Shown here: positions 41,496 through 55,319 of the stretch, piece after piece
Layout: every line of letters begins with the position of its first letter
Numbering within the stretch: position 1 is the stretch's first letter
Assembly (NCBI RefSeq): GCF_006345805.1
Contig: NC_043013.1
Span: 20,398,001-20,462,000 of the forward strand
Origin: Octopus sinensis
Lineage: Eukaryota
Reading direction: 5' to 3'
DNA: 64,000 bases
Translations under genes and position numbers: made by a program
The notes under the pieces: model-generated
What the model saw: only the letters and a program-made list of their open reading frames with translations
Told to the model about the DNA's origin: nothing
Databases searched by the model: none

Positions 41496-41951
41496 GTAAG
41501 CTCATTCTAATGACCGGTATAATTAAGGAAACAGAAATTGGGAAATTAATCTTGTTCGCCATAATTAGGCATCTGAGGATTTGAAGAAAATTAAAAGTGG
41601 GAATAGTTAAAAAGCAAAGCTATATTTGTGGTTTTTGAATCGTTTCCAAGTCACATGGCACAGATAGAGTAGACACATCTATCATGAAAACATTCCAAGC
41701 GTGACCATTCCGTCTTTTTGTTTTTCAGGAATATTGTATCGCTGATAGAATTGTCCACTGTCTCTTTTTACAAGGTACTATTATGCGATTTGAGGAATTT
41801 CACTTCTATTTCTAATAGCTTCCTTCACTGGCGTGTGCAAATATGGGATTACATAACAGGAAGCGTTCCTTGAACGAAAGGGAGATTATATTTAATCATT
41901 CATAATTATACACTCAGATTGTAATTATGCAACCAAACTATAATTATATGT

Positions 41952-41994
<43 letters not shown>

Positions 41995-42003
41995 ATATAT
42001 ATA

Positions 42004-42066
<63 letters not shown>

Positions 42067-42083
42067 GAGTGTGTGTGTGCGAT

Positions 42084-42116
<33 letters not shown>

Positions 42117-42335
42117 AGAACAGAGCTGATAGAGAAGGATCATCAATCCGGGCAAACATATTTCGTGATCTCTCTGTGGGCACACCAGAGTAACAATATT
42201 GTTTATATTATCGAAGAACTCAAAGTATTCTTATGCCAGAGTCCGAGGTTTTGGTCCATCCCAATTCTGTATTGTAAATCCGTGGTTGGTCTCCAGTCAA
42301 ACTGTTTTTACATAGAGTGATATGTAAAACAAGGT

Positions 42336-42678
42336 ATAAATAATGGCCATTACATATTTTTCCTTTATTAGAGTAAGTTTTGCTTATAGTTGTTTACAGG
42401 AGTCATTATAGGTACATTACTGATAGATTAACTCAACACGTCTACTGATCAGTTAAGAAAAATTGAATGACCTAAAATGAACTAGTACTACTTTCATTAT
42501 AACCAGAAATGGCTCTGACGAAAGTAGCATCAATTTCTACAGGTCGTTCAATTTTTCTCAACTGATCAATAGACCAATTAAGTAAACTTATCAATAACGT
42601 ACTTATAATGACTACTGGAAACAGCTGTAAGCCAAATTTACTCTAATCAAAGCAAAATTTGTAATGACCATTATTTAT
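42336..42678. repeat. ~343-bp imperfect palindrome (MITE-like or inverted pLTR pair)
   Basis: ATAAATAATGGCCATTACA... pairs with ...TGTAATGACCATTATTTAT; arms align for ~150 bp with many mismatches. Confidence 0.8.
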
Positions 42679-42704
42679 GCACACCACACACACACACAAA
42701 CACA

Positions 42705-42754
<50 letters not shown>

Positions 42755-42757
42755 TAT

Positions 42758-42812
<55 letters not shown>

Positions 42813-42989
42813 TATGTCATGCCTCTCTCTCTCAGAATATATATATATTTACATATTCTTATATATGTGTGTATGTGTAGTTTCCCTTTTGATTTGATAT
42901 TTGACATTTTCCACCTCTCCTGTTTTTAAAGCTATCATCAGATGATATTTATTTGATTGTTTATTTTTCTTATATTAATTTATTCGATA

Positions 42990-43290
42990 ACAAGAAGTGA
43001 CAGGGCAGCCATTCACGATCATTTTCGTGGTTTTGGAGATTGGTGGGAGTAAGTGGGGGAAGTTCTCCTTCAGACCCTAGACCATTATCGAATTCTTGCA
43101 ATGTAGAATATGCTGCACGGTATGCGGCGGTAATGGCTGAAGAAGCATGTGCTGTCACTGTCTGTATGTTGACAGTCTTTGGAATGCAGCAGATAGATCA
43201 GAAATGCTTTACCAATTCCAACATATACAACCAGGAAGCCAATGCCAGCTTCCAGATGCTAAACCCTATCAAAATTCATTGAAGAGACTA
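42990..43290 (-). pseudogene. Possible relic of an invertebrate transposon-associated ORF
   Basis: Across frameshifts: VGIGKAF, SDLSAAFQRLS, YRAAY...ELP...EWLP. The order recalls the G.GK / H..RA.YQ / LP.P..WGW motifs of such proteins; from memory only. Confidence 0.3.
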
Positions 43291-43992
43291 GTTTTGGACT
43301 TCAGTGAGTTTGTGCCCATTGTCATTGACATTTTGATATTACTGTGTCAACAATGGTTTCAAATTTTGGTACAAAGCCAGCAATTTCAAGGGATCGGGTA
43401 TGTTGATTATAACAGTCTGAGTGTTCAACTGATACTTATTTTATCGGTCCCGAAAGGATGAAAGGCAAAGTCAACCTCAGGGAATTTTGAACTCAGAATG
43501 TGTTGACGATTTTACCAGTTTATTCATTGTGTCAACATGTATTTCTTACTTGTTGACACGATAAATTTCGAATTTTCTTTTGCTGGATTATTGAGTTCAG
43601 TGTAGTTAAGTTGAAAGTGACCAACCAAACTTCAAAATTCTTAGCCATTTATATACTTAAGCTTCATTTCAGTCAACCCCCCTACAACACAAAATGCCGT
43701 GTAGAGTTCAATAAAAATGCAAAGAACTGTGTAAAGAAATGGAAAATTTGTATAACAATAATATTCCGAAGAATCGAAAGAAGACATAATCTTGATGATA
43801 AACTGTTTAGTTTGATGCTTGATATCTTTGGTAAGGTCGTCTCAATAATTAATGAAAGCGAAGGAGATTTGAATCTTTCACAGCACTTTAATAGCATGAC
43901 AAAAGGAACTCTAAGACTCTTGGCTGTTTGCGATGCAAAAACTATGTCGTATCTCATACGGCATCATTTTCCTAAAATGTAAATATAAAGAA

Positions 43993-44026
<34 letters not shown>

Positions 44027-45220
44027 CCTAGGTGACACAGACTGACGTTTGCTATTCAGATATCTTGAAAAGAATATAGTGTCACGGTGAGTAACGGTAG
44101 ACCAATGTTTTTTTGCAAAGGGATCATACTAGCATAGCTTGAGAAATACCCGAAGTAATGTGTCCTCACAAGTTTTGTGCTGGCTGTGCAACAGTTCTTC
44201 ACATAAAGTTAACTCATTCGTCAGTTTCCTAGAGGATATGAAGTTCACTCTGAAATTGGATGACTTCATTGCGGTTGTTTTGCTTCGTCAGAGCTAATAT
44301 CACATCATAAGACTCCCTGATGACTTACAGTCATATTCGATGGATTTACTGAATTGCGGGGAATCGATATTATACATTAACTGTCTCAATCAGAGGAGGG
44401 GAATCATCTATCTGTTGTCATATTCTTAATGTCAAACCAAGGCTTTGAAGCTGCCATTCTCTGTGAATCGAGAGGGAGAACCATCTTTAATTGTTTGGGT
44501 CCTATTTGACAAATGACCGTATAAACCATTTGGGGTATTAGTTGCACTTTCATTGCAAAGTGAATTTCTGTCACAACAAGGAACATGAATCTATATCTTT
44601 TTTATAATCTCTAATACTGAGGAATAATACTGATGGGTCCGGAAGCTCATCAGATGTGATGAAATTTGTTTCTGAGGATCTTATTTGTTAATTAGATGAA
44701 AATGTGGCAAGTCCACTCTGACAATGGTGATGGAAATATAATGTGTAGAGAATTATAGCATAAAATACTCTATTTGTTCGTGGCTGTCATTTAATCTCGC
44801 ATGCAAAAAGTTTGATTTGGATTAGAATTAGTTAATATGGTGCATGTATCAGGAATTTGTGCAGAGAAAGAACACGGCAGGGACAAAAAGAAATGCATAG
44901 TAACATAAAGATCGAGAGAGAGAGAGAGAGAGAAATTCGAAATGGCAAAGCTTTTTGCGAAGAGCTTAAGATAAATACGACAGAATATTAAAACACAGAC
45001 TCAGCACTGTGGTGGAAGCAGAGAATTGGCAATGGCTGTATATATATAAAAATATGAGAGTAAGATGGACGTATATACACAGCTTTTCTTTCTTTCACTC
45101 TCTGCCTCTCCCTCGGTTCCCATACTATCATACAAATATACATACACATATGTAACATACACAACACACCACATCTATATAATATATAATACATATATTT
45201 TGTGTGCGTATATATATATA

Positions 45221-45261
<41 letters not shown>

Positions 45262-45405
45262 CATACACACAAAACGAGCACCATAGAAAGTGTTTCGAGA
45301 ATGGTAATTACAGTTAAAATAGGATGAGTTTATTAGTTTTCTGGAAGTATTTTGAAATATTGGTTTAAGTTAATATTTTAGAATCTTGTTAAATTATGGA
45401 AATAT

Positions 45406-45439
<34 letters not shown>

Positions 45440-45580
45440 GAGAGAAGAGAGAGAGAGACAGACAGACATACAGACGGAGACAGAGAAAGAGAGAGACAGA
45501 CAGACAGACAAAGAGAGTGAGACAGAGGTTGGGAGGAGGTGGACTGCGATGCTAATAGGCAAACGTATAGAGAAATAAAC

Positions 45581-45615
<35 letters not shown>

Positions 45616-45986
45616 TACATACATATATATGCATAGACAGACAGGCATTCAGACAGATAGATAGATAGAGAAAAATAGGTAAGATAGTAAAGAAAAAAGG
45701 ATAGAAGTAGGAATAAAATAGAAAGTGAGAGTGACATAAAGAGGAAGTGTGTAAGAAGTGTGTATATGATACAAGAGAGTGAGTGAGAGAGAGAGACAAA
45801 CAGATAGAGAGACAGAGAGGAAGATGGAGAAAGAGAGAAGGATGGAGGAGAGAAAAAGAGAATAAATAGAGTGATAAAAAGAGAGAGACATACAAATAGA
45901 AAGTTATACTAATAAGCAGATAGACAACATGGGCTATAAATTATTTTTGACATGGGTAATTTTCCATGTTTATCAAAAACAAAAAC

Positions 45987-46086
45987 NNNNNNNNNNNNNN
46001 NNNNNNNNNNNNNNNNNNNNNNNNNNNNNNNNNNNNNNNNNNNNNNNNNNNNNNNNNNNNNNNNNNNNNNNNNNNNNNNNNNNNNN
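45987..46086. other. Assembly gap (100 N)
   Basis: Run of N. Confidence 1.
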
Positions 46087-46901
46087 CTCTTGCTTCTTTT
46101 TGCCCCACACGGGCTCAACTCTTCTCCCCTCTTCATCTAACCCCCTCTCTCTCCTCTCTTCCTCTCACACCTATTTCCTCCCTTTACTCCCACGCACCTC
46201 TCCTCCCATTTCTTGCTTTGACGCCTACTTCCTCTCTTCACTCCTACCCACCTTCTCCCTTCCACCATCTCCCTTCATCGTCACCCCTCTATCGTTACCC
46301 CACCCTACACATTCCCACTCCACCATCCTTATACATCCCATCTGACTCCCATTCCATCCCACACATTCCACTCCCACATACCCCAGCCCTACCATCACCC
46401 ACCCAACCATCACCCCACTCTCACTCCGCCACCCTTGCTTCCTTCCACCCTCGCCTACTCCCACATCCCAACATCACACATCAACCTGCACACACTAGCA
46501 CTGACCATTACCCACACTATCAACCACACACCTACACATGCACACATGCACACGTCAAGGTCACCAGCCCCCTTCCACACGCACATACACGCTCTCACAT
46601 ACCTACGCACACGTGCACCTTTGTTTTGGGATCAGCATTACTATATTTTTACCCCCCCCCCCTTCTTTCTAGCTCTCCTGTCTGACCACCTCTGCCCCGG
46701 CCTTCGCCATGATTGATCGCTCTGCTTATTTCTGTGTTCCTTTCGAGCGTTAAACTAATGCATCCGATTGTTGTTTACACACCCGTCTTCGTGTATTTCG
46801 TAAATTCCAACTATATATATATATATACAAATATACATACATAGATATATACATACATATATGTATATATATATATAATATATATATATATATACATACA
46901 C

Positions 46902-46939
<38 letters not shown>

Positions 46940-48044
46940 TTATATATATAAATTAAAGTGGCCAGCACGCTTAACCAAAACAGGCAAAATATATAAGATT
47001 TGGGTACATTTGGTATAAACAGATATATTTATGTACGTAAATATATACACATACATATACATATATGTATGTGTGCATACGTACATAAGTATATCTATCT
47101 GTCTATACCTAATGTACCCTAATTTTTATATATATTTTACCTATTTTGGTTATGCTTGCTAACCACTTTATCATTATTATCATCATTAATATTATTATTA
47201 TTTTAATATATATATATATATATATTATACTCGCTCATACCCGCATACCTAAACATACATACGTACATACATACACACATACACACACATATATTTGCAT
47301 ACATATGCATACAAGAATATTTATGTACATACACAAACACACAAACACAAACACGATCACACACATACACATGCACACTCACTCAACTCACATAGGTATG
47401 GCAAGCCACAAGTGAGCACATTGATAAACTCTCACTTAATTGCATGCATATTTAAATAGAAACTTGGAATTTTTCTTAAACTGCAGTTTCTTTTTCACAT
47501 TTATTTTAGCGTGAATTACAGAATATCTTCCGGATCATAGAGTCGTTTATTTCTTCACTGTTTTCGTTTTCATATTTTCTTTTCTTTTCTGTAATTACTT
47601 TATAGAATTAAGCTGATGAATAATTTAGATTTTTTTTTCCTTCTCTTTCTCAGAACTTTCCGTTAATTCCTGCCAGTGTAATAAGTTTTGTCCAAATATA
47701 TTTTCTGCTTGCACGCATTGGATTTTTAACAGTTTCATAATATTTTTAAAACATATTTTCTCCAACAGAATATCCGCAAATATTTCTTTACACAGCAGAA
47801 TTCACGAACGATTAATAGTGTTCTTTCACCGTCTTTGCAAATTATTCTAATGAAAACTATCTTAAAACTTAATCGTTTTTAACCTTCACCGAACATATTA
47901 TGCGAAGTAATAAGTTATAAACGCGCGTTAGAGAGAAATTAACTAAAATTTAGTTATTTCTGTTTAATTGAATGTTCTGTTTAGTGAAAAGCTTAATTCA
48001 GAAAGAAATTTTATTTAACTGCTTTATATTGTACAATGTGTTCG

Positions 48045-48810
48045 GATGCTGATTAGGAAGTTGTTCTTTGCAAAAGCCAACGTTCCCTATCTCTGTCATC
48101 ATTGCTCCAGGGCCCAATTTGAGCCATTATCGCTGACTGTGTTATTTTAAAGTGTGTTATTTTAGAGTGGGTGTTCACTATCTCTGTCGTAACTCCAGGG
48201 GACAAAGAAAAAAATGTGTTCAGTTTCCGATGAAGAAGTCGTGCGTTATAAAGGCGATATTCCCTATAACTATCATCGCTGCAGGGCACAGTTTGGGTCA
48301 TTATCGCTGATTAGGAAGGTGTTTGATTTCAAGTGGGTGTTCAATTGTTGATTGGAGGCCTATGTGTTGTAAAAGGCATGCCCTCTACCTCTGTTATAAA
48401 TTTAGCGTCCAGTTTGGGTTGTTATCGCAGATGTAAGAGTTTTATGTTGTAAAGGGATTCTCTTTTCTTTTCTTATAATTCTTGGGGCATGTGTAGGCTC
48501 TTATTGATAATGGTGGACATATATCGTAAAGGGAGCTCTCTCACCTACTGCCATAACACCAGCGTGTAGTTAGTTTGCTTTGTATTGCTGGTTAGGGAGT
48601 TATGTTGAAAAGGGGATGTTTTCTAACTCTGCCATAGCACGAGGAGCCAATGTGCTTCTCTCCCTGGTTAAGGAGTTTTGTGTTGTAAAGGGATGTTCTC
48701 TACTTATCTGATAGATTCAGGGTTCAGTTAATTTGTTATCGCTAAGAAGGGAGTAAAGTCATGTGGAGGAGATGTTCTTTACCAATATCGCAGCACCGGG
48801 GACTAATGTC
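48045..48810. repeat. Degenerate tandem array, ~78-80-bp unit, ~9-10 copies
   Basis: Recurring GTGTTGTAAAGGGATGTTCTCTA.CTCTG.CATA..CCAGGG..CAGTTTG...TTATCGCTGATTAGG.AG. Confidence 0.75.
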
Positions 48811-50168
48811 GTATTTGGAAATTGTTTATAAAGTTTATTTTGTGGTGTCTTGAGGTTAGCGTTGAACCACGTATGCACACATCATAAATACACTATACGC
48901 AGCACAATATGTAAGTGAGACTGTATGAGCTTGGAGATGTATGCGTGTGAATTTGTGTAATAACAAGTATGTGTATATGAGGTAATATATGTGCATGTGT
49001 GTGTATCTGCGTGTGTATGAGTGTGTGTATGAATGTGTGTGTATGCGTGCACGCGGGTGTGTGTGCATTTATATGCGTCAGTGTGTGTGTTGTGAGTACA
49101 CTTTATGTAAATTATAGCCTTTCATTCTATAATCTGTTGAGTTGTCGCTTGTGTTGTTTTCTCTGAAATTCTTACATTCTACATCAGTATATGTTATGTA
49201 CCATATCGTTGCCGCGTCGTGTGATGTCTCACCTCTTGCCTTCTACCTTGTTTCGTGGTAAGTCCTGCTTACGTAATATAGCCTAAACTGTTTATTTATC
49301 TTGTTCAATGTAGTGATAACTTGTGACGCTTTGTGTTTCACATTTTGTCTTGAGATGTTATGATGTAAAGGTTTTCTTTAGCCTTACAGTAATACCAATT
49401 GTATCGTTGTATATCGTGTTGCCGGTTGGGAAAATTTTGTTGTAATTGGTTATTGTGATGTTTGCAGTGCTAAAGATATATTCGCTTGTTAGATGTTGTA
49501 TAGCTTCCTCTTGTATGTTGTGTGGAAATGGATGCTTTGTCGTACCTTGTAGATGTGTGTACGTGTTTTATGTTCTGATACAAGTTGTACATATTTGACA
49601 TGTTGTTGGTTGTGTTATGTATTGTTACACGATGTGTATCTTTATGGAAATAGTGATGACAGACGAATGGAGTTCTGTTCTCTGAAATATCACCTGAAAC
49701 AACAGGATATATATATATACCCACACATATCACATATACACATGGATGCATTCATATATATAGACATACATACACACACACAAATATACTCACACATGCA
49801 TATACATACTTACACATGCAGACATATATACATATGTATACACTCACACACACACACACACACATAAATTTATATAAATTCACAGGATAAGATTATATAA
49901 ATGCGTAGATATGTAGCATTGTGTTAAGATCTGAATACAAACGATCTCGAAGAAATGGTTGAAAAATATATGAACCATATCTTAGAAGAGTTTCCTATTC
50001 TTCCTTGTTTCCTTTCGCGGCTTAATTAGAATTCCATTACCAATATCTACCGGAAACTTCAAAGACATTTCTTTACTCTCATATTAACTAATGTAAACCA
50101 TAACCCTAGTTATCATAATCTTCATTCAATCGTAATTTCTACTCGTTGTTGTTTGTTGCTGTTATTGT

Positions 50169-50204
<36 letters not shown>

Positions 50205-50689
50205 ACTACTACTACTACTACTACTACAACAACTACTACTACTAATACTACTACTACTACCACTACTACTATTATTGTTATTATTATTATTATCATCGAG
50301 TTGTCATTGTTGTCGCCGTTATTGTAATTCTAGTTCTTTCTATTATAGTTTTTGTTCCTGTGATCGCTGTTATTTCTAAGAACATAACTTCAAATAAATT
50401 GCACCCACCCACACCCGCATTCACATACATACCCCCCGCATACCCCCTCCCCACACATACACCCGCAGAGCCCCACGCACACACATACGCTTGCACGCAC
50501 TCACTTAAGCAAATAGAGACAGCTGTACGCGCAAACATACCCGGACGTCCACAGACAGATTCATGCTAAATACGTGCATACTCAAAACCAATGCACACGC
50601 CCACACACACCCACACACATACAATCACATACAATCGCATGCACACATATACATACGCACGTATACAGAGAATCACCCAGTTGATAAAC

Positions 50690-51420
50690 GCTCACTCAAA
50701 TACACAAACATACATACGCACACGCATGTATACATACGCACATGTATACATATGCATACACATGAGTACATACACACATATACATGCCCACATACATATA
50801 TACACACATACATGCATATATACATACATTACTTGCATACGCACATATATACTTATATATATATATATACATGCATACATACATACATACATGCATATAT
50901 ACATATACACATACATTACGTGCATACACATACATACATACGCATATACATGCATACATACATACATACACATACATACAAGCATATATACATATATACA
51001 TACAGTACATGCATACACATACATACGCATATACATACATACATACACATATACATGCATACATACATATATACACACGTACATGCATATATACATTACT
51101 TCCATGCACACACATACATACATATACATATATACACACATACATACACATGCATACATACATACATACATACATACATTACATGCATATATACATACAT
51201 TCATTACTTTCATACACACATACAACACATATATACACACATACATACATACACACCTACACACATACATATACATATATACACACATACATACACATGC
51301 ATACATACATACATACATATACATACATACATACATACATTACTTCCGTACACACATACAACACATATATACACACATACATACATATATATATATACAT
51401 ACATTACATGCATATACAGA
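50690..51420. repeat. Compound (CATA)/(CA)/(TA) microsatellite
   Basis: Direct reading; source of the 287- and 301-aa H/I/Y/T ORFs. Confidence 0.95.
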
Positions 51421-51549
51421 GACTGATGCACTCTCTGACTGGAATGATAGCTGTAAGATCCAAGAATTTAGTTCTAAGGTGTCTCTGAGTGTATAAATCA
51501 ATGGAATAGCTAAGAGCATGAATGTAAAAGTGTAAATTTAATAAATAAT

Positions 51550-51960
51550 AGGCGTGGGTGTATGGTTAAGATGTTTGCTTCCCAATCATATGTTTCTAGG
51601 TTCAGTCCCACCGCCTGGCAACTTTGGCAAATGTCTTCTTTAATAGTACCTGACTGATCAAAGCCTTTTGACTTGATATGGTAAAGAAGATTGGTGCATA
51701 CATACATACATGAATATTTCTGTGTGTCGTGTTGGATGTGTTTGTGTGTATTTAGGTTCGTGTTTATCGCCCACCACCGTTTGACAACCAGTGTTTGTTT
51801 GTTTACGTCCCGGTACTTTTACGGTTCGGCAAAAGAGACCGATAGTACCAGGGTTTAAAAAAAATTAAGTGCTGGGTCGTCGATTTGCTCGACTAAAACC
51901 CTTCTAGGCGGTGCCCTAGCATGGCCGCATTCCAATGAGTGAAACAAAAAGTTAAAGATT
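51550..51960 (+). mobile_element. SINE family B (diverged)
   Basis: GGCGTGGGTGTATGGTTAAG...GGTTCAGTCCCAC...GGCGGTGCCCTAGCATGGCCGCA. Confidence 0.8.
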
Positions 51961-52184
51961 TAAAATAAATGTATTGGGGTAAATGCTTGTAAAGGGAGAT
52001 AACAAGAGTTTGTAAATGCAATTTTATTGGCGGGAGATATGAAAATCTACTCTTGTAGAGGAAACAGACGACAGGAAGAGAGTATTTGGTTAATATGACA
52101 AACATTTAATATGGTTAGCAAATAAAGAAAGTGGAGAGGAGTTTAGAAGTAAATGGCGATTATAAGAGGCACGGGGAGGGGAAG

Positions 52185-52415
52185 ATGAGAAGAAGAAGAA
52201 GAAGAAGAAGAAGAAGAAGAAGAAGAAGAAGACGAAGAAGAAGAAGAACAAGAACAAGAACAAGAAAGAAGAAGAACAAGAAGAACAAGAAAGAAGAACA
52301 AGAAGAACAAGAAGAAGAAGAAAAAGAACAAGAAGAACAAGAAAGAAGACGAAGAAGAAGAAGAAGAAGAAGAAGAAACAAGAAGAAGACGAAGGAGAAC
52401 GAGAAAGAAGAAGAA

Positions 52416-52447
<32 letters not shown>

Positions 52448-52483
52448 AGAAGAAGAGAAGAAGAAGAAGAGAGAAGAAGAAGG
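52185..52483. repeat. (AAG)n-based purine tract
   Basis: Direct reading. Confidence 0.95.
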
Positions 52484-53250
52484 ATAGTAACGAAAGAATG
52501 AGCGAAAATGAGATGCACGAGGTCCTTTCGTGCTTCTCAGTTCTGTAAATATAAAATTGCATGTTTTGAAAATAGTGGAGTAAAAATGGCGTAATTATAA
52601 TGAAACGAGACAAGAGAAAACCGCAAGGTGTTGGTGAAGTGAAAAGTGGGAGGTGGTGGAATGAAAATTAATTAATACATAAGGTAAATTTGGACAGAGA
52701 AGACCATCTAGTTAATTAATTATCTGTCGTTATAGATATTTCGTTCTTAATTTTATTAATATGTAGTTAGGCTCACATTTATAGCATTTTCAAAATGGTT
52801 GAATAATATCTTTCACAGTATAATACTCGGCTAATATTTTCATCTTTTAAACATGCAATTTCGTGTCATTGGGTTTCCCTTCTCTTTAACCGTCCTCTCC
52901 TCTTATCTTCTACTCACTTCTTCCATTCCTCATTCTTTTCCTCGTCCAATCTTTGCTGGGGGGTTTTCCTCTTCCTTCTCCTCCTCCTCCTCCTCCCCTT
53001 TCTTCTTTAATAGCCCATTTACCTCGACTATTTCCATTTCCTCCCACGCCTCCACCTCCGCCTCATTTTCCTTCTTCCTTTATCGCTTTCACCTTCTACT
53101 TATCCATCTACTGGCTTTCCTTCTCCATCTGCCCCTTCTTGTCATACTACCTCCTTTCTTTCTTTCTTTCTCCCCGTCTCCTTTTCTCCTTTTTCTTGTT
53201 CTTCTCTTTCTCCTCTTACATCTCATTCTTCGCTCCCCTTCTTCCTTATA

Positions 53251-53471
53251 TATTTCTTTACTACCCACAAGGGACTAAACACAGAGAGGACAAACAAGGA
53301 CAGACAAAGTTGATTATATCGACTCCAGTGCGTTACTGGTACTTAATTTATCGACCCCGAAAGGCTGAAAGGCAAAGTCGACCTCGGCGGAATTTGAACT
53401 CAGAACGTAACAGCAGACGAAATACGGCTACGCATTTCGCCCGGCGTGCTAACGATTCTGCCAGCTCGCCG
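53251..53471 (-). mobile_element. SINE family A monomer with 14-bp TSD
   Basis: CCTTCTTCCTTATA at 53237-53250 and 53472-53485. Confidence 0.9.
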
Positions 53472-54488
53472 CCTTCTTCCTTATACTCTTTCTCCGGCAA
53501 CTACTCACCCTCGTTTCCCCTTCTAAACAAACATGAACAAATCTCCCTTTGCATACACAGGATCTCCGAAACGTACAAACATTTTAAACCAAACTACATA
53601 AGCGTAAATAAATACGTTAGCCTACTCTGCATTATTTACAAATGCCAATGTTTTTAGTTTCATTTTAGTTGATCCTTTAATAGTTATATGATCAAATTTT
53701 ACAATTTTCTTATGCTCTCTAACTTTACACACCATTTAAGTAACATATTACGTTGTATTTACCATTGCTCTAATCTTTCCCTAACACCTGTGATATTATT
53801 CGATGCGTTCCTGCAATCTGTCTGATTTAGTGCGAGTTACTCAAGGGAAGTAATAACTGAAATGGAAAAAGATATAGCAAAGGAAGGGAAGCGGTAGGAG
53901 GAGAGTGAAAGGAAACAACGGAAATAGTGGATTGAATAAAAAGAAAATAGAAGGGGAAACCCAAAGGAAACAGAAAGATAAAAGGAGAGAGAGAAAGTCT
54001 GTATTATTCTGCTTTTGTGAATTCAAATCGCAAGCACAATCGAAATGTTTAACATAATAAAACAATAGCAAGAATAGCTATAAATTAATGCATAAAAAAG
54101 CAACTAATTTAGGTAAAATTAAAGTGAAATAATCTTGGCGAGCAAATAGCTGAAAATGTTACGCTTTTATCTTACACATTTTCCAAGCCAAAGGCCATGT
54201 TGGGTGCAGCGCCACTATCCACTATCAAAATAAGGGTAGACGAACATCGCAAAGCTGTGACAAGGGGAGATATTGATAAATCAGGTACAGCTGGTCATAT
54301 ATGGAAAAATGGAGACAACCTCCTCCTGTGGGATGAAGTTAAAATAATAGACAGAGAACACCACAGGAAAATCCGAAAACTAAAAGAGGCAGCACATATG
54401 CTAGGACACAACAACCTCCTAAGCAGACTGAGCGCAGATATGAGCAGCATATGGGAAACGGTATTAAGGTAGGATTAAGGTAGGTATT

Positions 54489-54720
54489 AAGGCGGCGAGC
54501 TGGCAGAAACGTTAGCACGCCGGGCGAAATGCTTAGCGGTATTTCGTCTGCGTTACTTTGTGAGTTCAAATTCCGCCGAGGTCGACTTTGCCTTTCATCC
54601 TTTCGGGGTCGATAAATTAAGTACCAGTTACGAACTGGGGTCGATGTAATCGACTTAATACCTATGTCTGTCCTTGTTTGTTCTCTCTGTGTTTAGCCCC
54701 TTGTGGGTAATAAAGAAATA
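54489..54720 (+). mobile_element. SINE family A monomer inserted in the Penelope ORF
   Basis: GGTATTAAGG flanks both sides and is stuttered at the 5' junction. Confidence 0.9.
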
Positions 54721-55000
54721 GGTATTAAGGAAGGACAGGAAAATATTAGGTTTATAAGCTCTAAAATTCACTCCATAATTGTCCACGGGCGATACTCAGC
54801 CTCGACAGAGACTTATACCTCCCGTATATAGTATGTTGCTTGGAAATGGATGTTGTTTTGTATCTTGTAGCCGTGTGTGTGCGTGTGCGTTATGTTGGTG
54901 TGTATCTTTATGGAAATAGTAGTGACACGTATTAAAACAGACGACTGGAGTTCCAGCTTTACAATATCACCTGAGCAACAGGATATATATTTCCCTGGCT

Positions 55001-55098
55001 TCTTTGCTGACGAGACAGGCCAGTGGCAAATAGATTTAATTTAATTTAATTTAATCGGTTTGCCAATATGTATGTCGAAACTATGCATAGTCCAAAGA
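55001..55098 (+). ncRNA. Canonical type I hammerhead ribozyme
   Basis: Stem I TCTTTG/CAAAGA, core CTGACGA (55007-55013), stem II GACA/TGTC with inserted hairpin, GAAA (55077-55080), stem III ACTATGCATAGT, GUC triplet 55090-55092. Confidence 0.85.
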
Positions 55099-55319
55099 TA
55101 ATAAGGGTAAATGTTTTTATTTTCCTTTGGTTTCTGAATTACAACTATTTAGCGGTTTGAGTTTAGCTGCTCTTTCTAGTGGGTAGAATGGCCTATCAAG
55201 GCCATTCCTTAATATTGTTGAATATATATATATATGTATGTGTGTGTGAGTGTGTATATCCTTGGCTCTTACCGTTATATATATATATATACACACACGT
55301 ACACACACACATACAGATA

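Larger units (their letters stand above)
54215..55130 (+). mobile_element. 3' end of a Penelope-like element: GIY-YIG endonuclease C-terminus plus pLTR
   Basis: KIRVDEHRKAV.RGD.DKSG.AGHIW...WDEVKIIDRE....RKLKEAAHM. The frame resumes after the SINE (VLRKDRKILGL*), and the downstream region holds a hammerhead. Related truncated pLTR at ~49510-49715. Confidence 0.85.

Noticed and set aside
43003-43295. Plus-strand exon candidates (GSHSRSFSWFWRL... and VDSLWNAADRSEML...)
   Set aside because: The acceptors lack a proper pyrimidine tract, and the minus strand fits a decayed transposon ORF at least as well. Left unresolved.
48045-48810. CRISPR-like array or C2H2 zinc-finger cluster
   Set aside because: The context is eukaryotic, there are no identical repeats with unique spacers, and no CxxC/HxxxH periodicity or 84-bp unit.
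50563-51496. 287- and 301-aa His/Ile/Tyr/Thr-rich ORFs (also 23333-24304 after the exon, and 33200-34240)
   Set aside because: They are translations of stop-free CA/TA microsatellites and are open in several frames on both strands.
52131-52487. Arg/Glu-rich ORF resembling a protamine or acidic protein
   Set aside because: It is an (AAG)n microsatellite.
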